From Trichodelitschia bisporula (taxonomy: Eukaryota): a stretch of DNA of 64,000 nucleotides. Location: the NCBI GenBank assembly GCA_010356995.1, contig ML996689.1, positions 1,754,691 through 1,818,690 on the forward strand, written 5' to 3'. How positions within the stretch are numbered: the first letter of the stretch is position 1; every line of letters starts with the position of its first letter. A model generated the notes under the pieces. It was given only the letters and a program-made list of their open reading frames with translations, did no database searches and had not been told where the DNA came from. Shown here piece after piece: positions 51,422 to 61,840 of this stretch. The position numbers were made by a program, and so were the translations under genes.

Positions 51422-52571
51422 GCGGCTGATCCTTCGGAAGTCTTCCTTGCTAGTACGGAAATGAGTGCCTGGGCAGGTGGCACGTTGAAGTGTACGGAAT
51501 TGGCGGGGGTCCTGCCAGTTCGGACATCTTGATGGCGCTGCATGTCTGGTGTTGGTCTATTCCTGAACGCTAACACGTGACAATGTACTTTGCGTGGATA
51601 AGGGCGACGATTTGCGGGACGCACGGGGTTCGGTATTCGTACATGAAATTTCGAGTGTTTAGTCAGATAAAGCCTTTGTCCCCATGTTTTCTGCATCGTG
51701 AGAATGCTAAGCATGTGCTGTTTAGACATGAATGTACCTTAGCAACCAAGGATTCCGAGCATCCCGCTCCCAGCAGCCAACGACATTCCCAAGCAGTCCG
51801 CATGCTCTTACTAGAGCAAGAAGGTGTAAAACACAATGACCTCAGTGCCTCTAGTAATGGTGGGCGGGCAGAGTGTTAAAGTTGAGAGGTGATGGGATGA
51901 GATGACGTTAGAGTGCCCAAATGGTCATCGCACTCTTACTCAGCAAATGTCTTGGCAAGAGACGGACACAACCTTTTTTCCGGGGATGCGCCATCATTCC
52001 TTGGCAAGGCTGGATCTTGGCACCACGTCTTCCGGTCTGCCTCGCAACCAGCTGGGCGGGCCAAACATCGTTAACCCAGAAAAGACATGCAATCTCAAGC
52101 TGAGACGGCAAGCATGCGCTGGATCAGGCGGAGATTGATATGACTAAAAGGCAAATACAGGCGTCGAAGAAGTCAATCGAGCTCAAGTGAGGTTGGAAGC
52201 GCAGAAGTTGAATGTTTAGTAGAGGGCTCGTTACGAATTATAACAGACGACATACTGCACCTGCCTATTTAGGAATCCATTCAACAACTGCAAAAATGCC
52301 AGTGAATGCAAACGCGAGCGCTAGGACGAACTTAACCCCACCAACATCTAGGAGAACTTCAAACCTGTCACCACCGGCATCCACACTGATCCTCCAAATT
52401 TCCATTCATACATAGCCAGCGACTCGAAGAATTTTTTTCCAAGATTTGGACTTCAATGGAGAAGGTGAGGACGACGACTCCCGGCCGCGAGAATTCATGC
52501 TAATAGTGGAGCAGCAGACGAACATCTCGAAGACCATCAAGGAGCTGGCGCTCCTGGCTGCAGAAGACAGC

Positions 52572-53256
52572 ATGGCGACACCTTCGAAGTTCGACAAGCA
52601 GCCAAAGAGCTGGGCCGAGGTCGTGAAGTCAATACCTCAGATGTTAAACCAGCCAGAGGCCTCCAGCGCCAACTTCCGAGTCCGACGTTCGACCTGCTTC
52701 GGAGTGGCAGTCCGGCTTTGACTGGGCCGAGGATGTGGAGCAAGCCGCTGCAGCCGGTCTCCTGCCAGGTATAATGCGTGCGGACAATTTCGTCAAGAAA
52801 TGGAGGTCCGATTTTGACTGGGCCGAAGACGTTGAGGCGGCTGAGGCTGCGGGTCTCGTATCAACCTTGTCTGTCCACAATGCGGCTCTGCGACTCCGGC
52901 TGCCAACTCCGAGAATCTGGGCAACGCAAAGGGAGAAGATGAGCCTGAGGATGCTGGGAAGATCAACCCCATTCAGAAAGACTAGCATTACATCGAAGCC
53001 AGACATCATAAAATTCGGCAAGATGTCTCGTAGGTCGTCGACACTGGCGAATCTAATTTGCTTATACGTTTGGTCAGCTTCACGTCACAAAGAAAGAGAA
53101 GAAAGGTTGGCCAGTCTGGATCAGAGGAGGATATCTATCTTCTTCTACTTTTCTTATGCCATAACCTTTCATTTCGTATTGTCCACTGTATGCTCTGCCG
53201 TGATATTTGTGCAAAGTCAGCTGTCGACCCGCCCAGCAGCCATGAGACTAGGTTGA
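52572..53256 (+). pseudogene. Probable frameshifted orphan gene with duplicated FDWAEDVE motif
   Basis: The frame from ATG 52572 does not continue into the frame encoding EWQSGFDWAEDVEQAAAAGL and KWRSDFDWAEDVEAAEAAGL, which has TAA at 52645. Confidence 0.35.
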
Positions 53257-53668
53257 TGCCCTCTTATCCCCAAAGGTGACACGCCCTCATGTTCAAAATC
53301 CTTACGAGGTATGAATCTTCACGATTCTTCCGTTACAGCTTGGCATGCCCGGTAAGCAAACACACAGCTAGCAGAGACATTCACCCGCCCTTGCCACTTG
53401 CCTACGCCTACCCATTTTGCATTGCCTTCCAAAACATACCTCCGCCTGCGATTCGCACCTCCGTCTCCCACCTACACCTTCGTCTCCCACCAACATCGCC
53501 ATCTCTCACCAACATCTCCATCTCTCACCCACATCTCCATCTCCTACCCACATCTCTATCTACCACCCACATCTCTATCTCCCACCCACATCTCAATCTC
53601 CCATCCAAACTTTCGTCTCCCACCCACCACTTCAATCCGCTCAGGTTCTTGACTGGCAATCGCCCACC

Positions 53669-54370
53669 ATGACTCTAAAGGAGGACAACATCAACACTGT
53701 GGAAACCGCCATGACAACCACACAGGGCCCTGCCACCACCGTCGCTTCGATAAACGAAGTCGCCAAGAGTTTCAGCGCGACCATGGGAGCCGTGTGCCAT
53801 AACCTCAGCGGCTACAAGCCGGTCAACAAGGCGTACGTGAAGGAAGCTCTCAAGCCGACAATCAAGCTTGCCATTTCGTCTCTCAAACCGCGTCCCACGC
53901 CCGTCTTTCTTAGAATGTATACCGAAGATGACGAGAAGAAGTCTGGCAAAATTCTAGCTGACAATCACTACTATACGGATAATATAGTCCAATCAGGCGA
54001 TGTTATAAACTCTAAGCATGTCGGCGGCGTTGCTAACAAGGCTGCTCCCAGTGTCGACAACAAGAAGGCCGTTATGATTCAGGACTACGCTGCCGTCGAA
54101 ATGATGAGGGCGGCGGCAAAGACGGAATACGGCCTGATCGACAGGAAGATATTTGCAGAGAGGGCGAAGAAGAAGCGTGATCAGGCCAAGGGCAAAGTGG
54201 TCAAGCGCTGCGACCCCGAGCGGTGGCATATGCGCCGCAACCCAAAGTACAAGCGTGACACGACTGTGGCGGCTACGGAGGCTGCTCAGTCGACTGCGTC
54301 TACGGAGCCCACCACGGAGGCCGCAGAAGCAAACGAAAAGTTCGCGAGCGATCTCATGCAACTTAATTAG
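53669..54370 (+). CDS. Orphan Lys/Ala/Thr-rich protein, ~233 aa
   Basis: ccaccATG context after a CATCTC-rich leader (53455-53635). Intact ORF with a basic cluster RAKKKRDQAKGK. Confidence 0.6.
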   Translation: MTLKEDNINTVETAMTTTQGPATTVASINEVAKSFSATMGAVCHNLSGYKPVNKAYVKEALKPTIKLAISSLKPRPTPVFLRMYTEDDEKKSGKILADNHYYTDNIVQSGDVINSKHVGGVANKAAPSVDNKKAVMIQDYAAVEMMRAAAKTEYGLIDRKIFAERAKKKRDQAKGKVVKRCDPERWHMRRNPKYKRDTTVAATEAAQSTASTEPTTEAAEANEKFASDLMQLN

Positions 54371-54651
54371 TAAGTGACTCTTGAAACTGTTGAATTGGGC
54401 GATGACTTACGGAAATATTCATGTTGTTGAGCACGGAAATGAAGTTGAGGAGTACAGGAGCTGGTCGGCCCTAGACCGGCAGATTTGGGGTTGGCTTGAT
54501 GGTTTGCCACCTCGTCGCAAGGCTGCTCAATCTTCCACTTGAGCGAGGTTATGTGTTGGGGCGGTGGAGTATGTAATTCAGGTCTGCGGGTTTGATGGTT
54601 GAGATGTCTGGCATCGGCCTTTCAAGTCAACTGCACGTGGAGTTTAGCGAG

Positions 54652-54810
54652 ATATGATATCCGTCCCATTGCCTCAGGGACTTACTGGATGTGATATACG
54701 TCCCATTGCTCCAGAGCCTTGTTGGATGCAATATCCCTCCCATTGCTCCCGAATTCTCGCCGAATATGCTATCCGTCCGAATGTCCAGGATTCTTGCCCA
54801 ATATGATATA
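54652..54810 (+). repeat. 37-bp degenerate tandem repeat, array 1
   Basis: Units start at 54652, 54689, 54726, 54764 and 54801 (partial). Core ATRTGATATCCGTCCCATTGC. Confidence 0.9.
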
Positions 54811-55242
54811 TAAATTCTATTTAATGTCCAATGCGGCTCCCGAGGGACCATGTAGACAGCCTATAGCAAAACTATGTTACAAAATGGGCATCTAAGCTAA
54901 AAGAAAACCCAGCGTGGGGAAAAATTTCTTTGGGGAGGGGCTCTTCGGGCACGTCCCAAAGCATATCTGGTGAGGTGTTGGTGGGTTGTTGTTGTTGATC
55001 TGGTACTACCCGAATATTAGACTCTGTGAGGTCGGTATTCACTTCCTCCTTCCTCCTTCCCGGGGCCATCTCCTGGAGTTCGGGGCTCTCTGACGTGCCT
55101 TCGATCGAGCTCCGGCAGCGTGCGCAGGTATTCCGAACGCGGCGTTGTCCGCATCGAGATGCCGTACGGGTAACTTGGGCTATGAAGCTGGCAGAGGGTG
55201 AGGCATGTGGTGCACGCATGGTGTGCTCAATTGAGCTGCCGA

Positions 55243-55411
55243 ATATGATATGCGTCCCATTGCCCAGGAATCTTGCCGGATGTGATATCCCTCCTATTGC
55301 TTTAGTCTCATGTCGAACGTGATGTCCGCCCCATCGCCCCGTGGTCTTACTGAAAAGTGACATCTGCCCAACACCCTCCACTCTCGTTGAGAGGATATAT
55401 CGCATCCCATC
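55243..55411 (+). repeat. 37-bp degenerate tandem repeat, array 2
   Basis: Units start at 55243, 55280, 55317, ~55355 and ~55392, becoming more degenerate toward the 3' end. Confidence 0.85.
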
Positions 55412-55742
55412 CCCCTCCGGATGCCCCCAACGCCGCGCTGAGGCCACCGACGCACGACTATCGTGACGAACGTACCTTCCCCCGAGGAAGCAAACCGTAT
55501 CGATGAGCCCGCACAGTCACCACACTGCGTGAAGGGTACGGAGGCACGATAGTCCGTGACCCAAGCGTTGCTCGTGAGGTTGTAACCATATTGCAGTGCT
55601 GGCGCAGTCCATCTTTCCACCAAGTCCTCAATTCCTCAGTCCCCGAAGCCCCTCAATTCCCCAAAGTCCCCGAAGCCTCATATCTTCGAACGCCTTCAAG
55701 CAATCCAGCGACGAGAAAATCAGAGATCCCACCGCAGCCAAA

Positions 55743-56051
55743 ATGAAGATCACTGTCGTCGAGCACCTCTACGCCATGGACACAGAGCGCGAAGTTGGAC
55801 GCCTTGCACGCTCTACCAAGAAAAACGCCTTGCGCCATAAGATGCAGCAAGACATCAACGACTTGGCCCAGGACCTGATCGACGATCAGGAGGCCGTCAT
55901 CGCGGCGCGCGAGGCTGCTGAAGAGGAAGTGGGCTTCAACTACAATGCGGTAAGTCACCCTAACGAACGACGACGTAAGACGTGTGCTGACAGCCGATAG
56001 CCGTTCGCTTATCGACTCAAGATTTCCAGCAAAGGTGGCGAGATGGTCTAG
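55743..56051 (+). CDS. Orphan small protein A (85 aa, one intron)
   Basis: MKITVVEHLYAMD...GFNYNA, intron 55950-56000 (GTAAGT..GCTGAC..TAG), then PFAYRLKISSKGGEMV*. Confidence 0.6.
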
Positions 56052-56182
56052 GATGTTGGGATGCGGTACTTGGCATGTGATATGATGTGTCGACAAATCT
56101 AAAGCGCTCCAGCGTTTTGTTTCTCGTACATCTCCCTGAATCAAGCACTCTTTTTGGTCTCCTCAATTTCTTTTCTCAATCT

Positions 56183-56455
56183 GCGCGGCTTGACGTGACT
56201 CGTGCTTTCATATATTGACTCGATCGCCCGGCGTGATATCCGAAGGCCATCGCTGGCGACGGCGGCGTATTATCGAAAGGCAGCATCCTGCTGCCCAAAG
56301 TATACCGTCTCGGTTCCAATAGCGCCGATTTCGTAAAGCCAGATGTCGTAAAGCCAGATTTCGTAAATCCAGACCTAGTGGCACATGTATCTGCACGTAA
56401 GGCATATACCAGCCCCACGAACCCGGAAGCCCCATCTCTTAGAGAGAACACAAGT
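56183..56455 (+). repeat. Duplicated non-coding block, copy 1 (contains a 15-bp unit x3 at 56328-56372)
   Basis: Colinear with 57486-57723. Shared words include GCGGCTTGAC, CGCCCGGCGTGATATC, GCCCAAAGTATAC, AGTGGCACATG and AAGCCCCATCTCTTA. Confidence 0.9.
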
Positions 56456-56543
56456 GCGGGCCGGTGCGTGCGGGCCGGTGCGTACGGGGCTTCGCGGGGC
56501 TCTCGGATGCGGCGTTGCCTGCGCTCCGATGCTGATGTGCCGA

Positions 56544-56680
56544 ATATGATATCCGTCCCATTTCTTTCGATTCTTGCCGAATATGGTGCCCGCCCAATCG
56601 CCCTGTGCTTTTGCTGACACCTGATATATGCCCCAACACCCTCCATACCCATTGAGGGTAAGATATCACGTCTCATCACC
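56544..56680 (+). repeat. 37-bp degenerate tandem repeat, array 3
   Basis: Units start at 56544, 56581, ~56619 and ~56659. The flanks are colinear with array 2. Confidence 0.85.
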
Positions 56681-57057
56681 CCCGAGAATGCCCCCAAGCC
56701 GCGTTGACGCCGCGGAAACATGAATACTCGTGAGGAAAAAGCCGCGCTCGCGGCGGCAAACCTACCACGAAGCCCGCATGCCTTCCGCATTTGAGTGCAC
56801 GGAATACCGGAATTCCGCCCACAAAACGCTGCCCCCTTGGCGTCAACACTGTGCTATAAAAGCCTGTACAGTTGTTCCCCAGCGCATTCTCTGCATCCAC
56901 ACGCATGTCCATCAACCTGAAAATCTCCAATCTCGACCTTCTTTCAAGCTCCGTGAAACTCAACAACCCGAACAGGTAAGCAACCTCGTTGACGGCTTTA
57001 GAGCCCCCCCACGCCCAAGCAAGTCCGCAGACCAAGCTGCTAACAACCACCAGCAAC

Positions 57058-57349
57058 ATGGCCCCAGAGGGGTCATCCATGCAGACCACGGGGGTCTCTC
57101 GCCCTCGTGCGAAGGCTGCGACTCGGCGTATTCTCATCAAGGCGGAGGCTGCGATGAAAGTCAACAAGATTGAGGACGAGCAAGCTGCGGCTGCGGCTGC
57201 TGAAACAACTGGTCAGGAGTGGGATGGGACACTGCCGGTAAGTCATCCACGAACGACGACGTAGGAGGTGTGCTAACAGCCACTAGCCGCTGAAGCTTCG
57301 GATCTATGTTGGTGGTCCAGACCGCGTTCAGTGGACCATCGGGGTTTGA
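57058..57349 (+). CDS. Orphan small protein B (80 aa, one intron), positional paralog of protein A
   Basis: MAPEGSSMQTT...WDGTLP, intron 57238-57286, then PLKLRIYVGGPDRVQWTIGV*. Confidence 0.6.
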
Positions 57350-57485
57350 AGATCCTCTTTGCTGCGAACATCATGAACTATTTTGAAGCGCTCTGGCGCA
57401 GATAGTTCTACGACATGGTTCACAATCAAGCTCCTGACCGGCTGTCCTGACCGGCTCTCTTATTCTGCGTGGCTTCCGTAACCTG

Positions 57486-57723
57486 TGCGGCTTGACATGA
57501 CACTTCCTTTCGTATATGTATACGTCCGCCCGGCGTGATATCGTAAGTCCATCGCCGGCGACGGCGACATGTTGTCGAAAGGTGGCATCCCGCAGCCCAA
57601 AGTATACAGTCTTAGTCCCGATGGCCTCAGTTTCGTAAATACCAGTCCCAGTGGCACATGCATCTACATGCCAGATATATACCCCAGGAACCCACAAGCC
57701 CCATCTCTTATATAGCACACAAG
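57486..57723 (+). repeat. Duplicated non-coding block, copy 2
   Basis: Colinear with 56183-56455 but carries only one copy of the TTTCGTAAA unit. Confidence 0.9.
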
Positions 57724-58714
57724 CCTTCACAAAAGACTCTCGTACCTCAAGTATAGCTCGCCGGCAGTGTGCCGCATGAGTCAAGTCTTGATCGTAGACT
57801 TCGACTCATGCGGAAGAGTACGATGTAGCATCAACGAAGAAGCCGGCGAAGCATGCGGCGCGCGGTGCAGCTCGTGCTGCCCTCGAGGCGCTGGTGTGTA
57901 AAGCTCTTGACGCGGAGCTGGCAGTCATTCAGGACGCCCGATATGAGTCCGCCGTCGACACTGAGTACAAAGCAGCCATGGCATTCAGAACAAAGCCACC
58001 GTCGATGACTCTGCTGAAGTCGCCCTTGCGCGACGTGCTTCTCAGATTTAGGCGACGAGCCTAGACGGAGGGCGACTGAGGCCACTGCACTGAGTGCAGC
58101 CCGAGATCCAGGCACGCTGAAGATCAACAATCTTCGAGAGTCTGCCATCATTTTGAGACACCATCTTCAACCGCTGGTTTCACTGGTCACAAAGCCGGAT
58201 GCCGGCATGGTTGTCCGAGGGGGTGAAGCGGGAAAGTAATCAAAAACTCTGCCGGACAAAGACCATCTATAGATGAAAGAGAGCTGTTCTCCCCGTCCTC
58301 ACGGCCTAACCTGTGGGCGGAGTTTGCATCCGAAGCTTCGCACACGTAGATGTCCGCGAAGATTTTACTTCGAAACTGGACGGCCATGGTGCTGAACCTG
58401 CACATGAAGCTGTCTTCTCGAATCCCCTGGAACATGTCGTCCAGGTCTCGTCCAGGCGGTGGCCAAGCAACGAGCTCGCAGTTAGCGATCATAACCGGAA
58501 GTACGGGGCCGTAGACGGTCCTCTCCTGGCCGCGTCCGCACTTTGCAGAGTCGCCAAAAAGTCTCCAGGAGATAGGGGGCTCGAGGACGCCTGCAACCAC
58601 CCCAGGACCCTGCTCTGCAAACCCCACCAGCATCGTTGCCAACAAACGCCCCATCAGCAATACTCCCAGCGACACCAAAGACACCCGCGACCGCGTCACA
58701 AAGGGAAAAAAAGA

Positions 58715-59268
58715 TGAAGCAGTCCTCGATGGCCCCGGAGACGACGGAAGTGGAAGAGAAGACCTCGACGATGACGAAGACGAAGATCACCGACAAAATC
58801 TCTGGCCCGAAGAAGCAGCCGTCTAGAGCATTCTACAAGAAGGCTAAGTCCACCAAGCGCCACGATCATCATACGGCGCGCGCAGACGCCAAAATGATGG
58901 CCCGCAACTCGATTGATGACGAGAATGATATTCTCGAGGATATTCGTCAGGACTTCGAGGAAGCGGGGGCGGGGGATGCGGTCGTCGCTGCTGCACAAGC
59001 TGAGCTCTATGGCATGAATGACTCTCGTTCCGACACCGTCGCCGAAGCCGGTGATAAAGCTGCTACCGAAGCTGTCGACAAGGATGTTGCTAAAGCTGGT
59101 GACGAGCCTTCTGCCGAAGCTGCTTTCAAGGCTACTGTCGAAGCTGGTAATGAAGCCGCTACCATCATGGGCGGCAAAGACGAAGGCAATGCCGGCCTCG
59201 ATGCTAGAGCCAACGTTGTGACCAGCACCGAGAACATGGACAACGAAGCTACCGGCCATGACAACTAG
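58715..59268 (+). CDS. Orphan protein with basic N-half and acidic Ala-rich C-half with short EAG(D/N)xAA repeats
   Basis: ORF 58636-59268 with ATG candidates in 58715-58770 (start uncertain). Coding-like codon usage. Confidence 0.55.
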
Positions 59269-59779
59269 GTATGTGACACGGGCGGAAAAATAGTGAACTC
59301 TTCGTTAACAGTCGCCATGAGTAGGCACGCAGCTCAAACCCACTTCTGAACGTCCTCGACATCCGACCCGTCAAGGAAAGCTCGGGTTCGAAGGACAAGA
59401 TGGCGGGATCAAGGATGGAGGCGGAAGTGCGATGCCCATAGTTTGAAGCAATGAACATCATGCCCTGAACCCTGCCGTTTACAGCTTGTCGTGAGCCCTC
59501 CTGGGCAGCATGTAGGCGTCCATGGTGATTTGCCGAAACCATCATCATCGGTGGTGAAGTTCTCCAAAGTAGCTTTCGTCCGAAGCCATTGGAGCAAACT
59601 TCTGTCGTCCCAAGTCCTTTCAGATGCTCTAGTTCGGAACCGCATAATCGTGACTCCGCGCAGCGAAGTAGGTCCTCAACTCGCGCCGTCGCAAAAATCA
59701 AACCAGCATTCCACCTTTTTCTATCTGCCACATCCTTTTCAACCACACCACCAACTCGAAAAACAGGACTCGCTCCAGG

Positions 59780-61465
59780 ATGGCTCGCAAGAAGCGCGCT
59801 AAGGGCGGGAAGAAGAAGAGTGGCGTTTCCGACGCCAATGAGAGTGCCCCTGACCACAGCAGCAACAGCCAGAACGGCGGCAGGGATACCGGGGCCAGTC
59901 ATGATGCCTCCAGCAGCAACAACAACCACCACAATGCCGGCATCACTAACCCAACGGTGCCCACCCTGAGTTGGGAGCTTGTGAAGGCCTACTGCATCGC
60001 AGCATTCCCCCCCGAACACGGCGACTCCGAAGGTATGGCTCGCGGGATATACACGGGCGTCCATATGTATCTCGCGTGTTATCCGGATGCGGCGGGGCAT
60101 GTGGAGGAGCTAGAATCCGAAATGCGTTCCATCGTAAATTCCGGTTGGAAAATGGGGTCAGCTGGTAACGCGAAGACGAAGAGTCTTGCTCAAGTTCTTT
60201 TTGCGAAACTCATGGGTATCATGGGCATCCAGGTTAAGGACGCGACAACTGGTGAGAACCTCGTTGAAGATGGCAGAATTGCGGACCCAAAGGATCTCGC
60301 GGCTCTCTGGCAAGCCGTTGCGAACGAAGCGGCGAGTGGTGTCGATACCGGCCATGAAGTGCGCGCCGCAACTCCGGAAAACCCCCTGAGTCCCGCCGAA
60401 AACGCCTCCAATGATGATCAAGCGTCGCCGACTACGGACGACCAGCATCGCGCGGACATCATCGCTCAACATCGCGCGGACATCATCGCTCAAAATCGCG
60501 CGCCCATCATCCTTCAACACCGTCTCGCTACCAATCTGGGAGCCAATGCCCCAACCAGCCACCAACGTCATGTTGTGGACGGCGAAGTTGTCCATGTCCC
60601 TATCAAGGACCGTCGTATTCGTCTTGACTTCCTTAATGATTGTGAGCTGCCCCGTCACTGGGATCGGCCGGGTTCAGGTACGATATATGGTCAACACACG
60701 ACGTACTACGTCGTCGACCCGGGCACTGGTCTTCCTGTTCTACCGAATTCTCGGATGCCGGTCGATCGAGTGGCTCGCCGCGCTAGCATCCAGGAGGAAA
60801 GTGGGTTCGGGGGCGTCGAACGTCCAATTGCCGATGGAGAAGAGCGTGCCGATGTTGAAGTCCACGGTGAAGAGCTCGCTCGCCCTGGTGTTGAGTTTTC
60901 GGATGTTGAAGAGAGCACTGCAAGCCTCGGAGCCACCCTTGACAACACCCTTGACAACATATTAGCTCGCGCTGCTGAATTTGCGGCAATAGTAACCCAA
61001 CTCCATACGGCTAGGAGTTCCGAGAGTGATGGGGAAGAATCGGCGTCCGTGGCTCACCACTCAGCTCCAGGTGGTGGGGTTACTGACGAGACAACCGAGA
61101 ACGTGATTCCCTTTGACGACACATGGGCTCCAATTATCGAGTCCGTAGAAACACAAGGCCGCCCCTCCAGCAGTTCCGAGCGTGCTGTGGAAGAATCAGC
61201 GTCTGCGGCTCATCCATCAGCTCCAGGCGTTGGAGTTGCTGACGAGGAGACCACCGAGAACGCGATGACCTTTGACGACGAATGGGCTTACATTGTCGAG
61301 TCCGTGGAAACCCAAGACCCCCCTGTCGGCAGTTTCGAACGCGTTGAGGCACCGTCCGTGTCTGTCGCCTACACCCCTATGCCAGGAGGGTGGGTTAGCG
61401 ACGGGGACACTACTGAGAGCGAGGATTGGGAGGCCATGGGCCCCACTCGGACTGGGACTTGGTAA
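59780..61465 (+). CDS. Orphan 561-aa protein with basic N-terminus and acidic C-terminal repeats
   Basis: Long intact ORF starting MARKKRAKGGKKK. Contains QHRADIIA-type 24-bp units and ~53-aa acidic repeats x2.5. Confidence 0.7.
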   Translation: MARKKRAKGGKKKSGVSDANESAPDHSSNSQNGGRDTGASHDASSSNNNHHNAGITNPTVPTLSWELVKAYCIAAFPPEHGDSEGMARGIYTGVHMYLACYPDAAGHVEELESEMRSIVNSGWKMGSAGNAKTKSLAQVLFAKLMGIMGIQVKDATTGENLVEDGRIADPKDLAALWQAVANEAASGVDTGHEVRAATPENPLSPAENASNDDQASPTTDDQHRADIIAQHRADIIAQNRAPIILQHRLATNLGANAPTSHQRHVVDGEVVHVPIKDRRIRLDFLNDCELPRHWDRPGSGTIYGQHTTYYVVDPGTGLPVLPNSRMPVDRVARRASIQEESGFGGVERPIADGEERADVEVHGEELARPGVEFSDVEESTASLGATLDNTLDNILARAAEFAAIVTQLHTARSSESDGEESASVAHHSAPGGGVTDETTENVIPFDDTWAPIIESVETQGRPSSSSERAVEESASAAHPSAPGVGVADEETTENAMTFDDEWAYIVESVETQDPPVGSFERVEAPSVSVAYTPMPGGWVSDGDTTESEDWEAMGPTRTGTW

Positions 61466-61801
61466 AGGTTGGTGATGGGTCCGGAAGCGATGAGCCGGGT
61501 GGCTAACCTTTGCTAGGACATGACTGCAATGGGGTTCGAATGTCCGGGGTCCGGGCGTACAACCGATACAGAAAGGGGGGGAAAGCTGAAATGAGGGCGA
61601 CTGAGTGAATAGTTAAGAAGGGCGCTTTGTGTTGTTCTTTGACCGTTCGACAGATGAGATCTGAATTCAGATGCTTCCGTCCATGGCTGGCAATTGACGT
61701 GATGACTTTGACAGAGTTAGCAGAAAGCATGAGAGTTGAATACAGTCAACACGCAACAAGGAAGGTCAACGAGATGACAAATCATGAGTAGGATTGAGTA
61801 C

Positions 61802-61840
61802 GAGATGCTCGACGGCAGAGTATGAGATGCTCGACGGCAG
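61802..61840 (+). repeat. 22-bp direct tandem duplication
   Basis: GAGATGCTCGACGGCAG at 61802 and 61824. Confidence 0.85.

Noticed and set aside
54652..56680. CRISPR array interpretation of the 37-bp repeats
   Set aside because: The context is eukaryotic with no cas genes. The variable parts are only ~16 nt and resemble each other, and the cores are degenerate.
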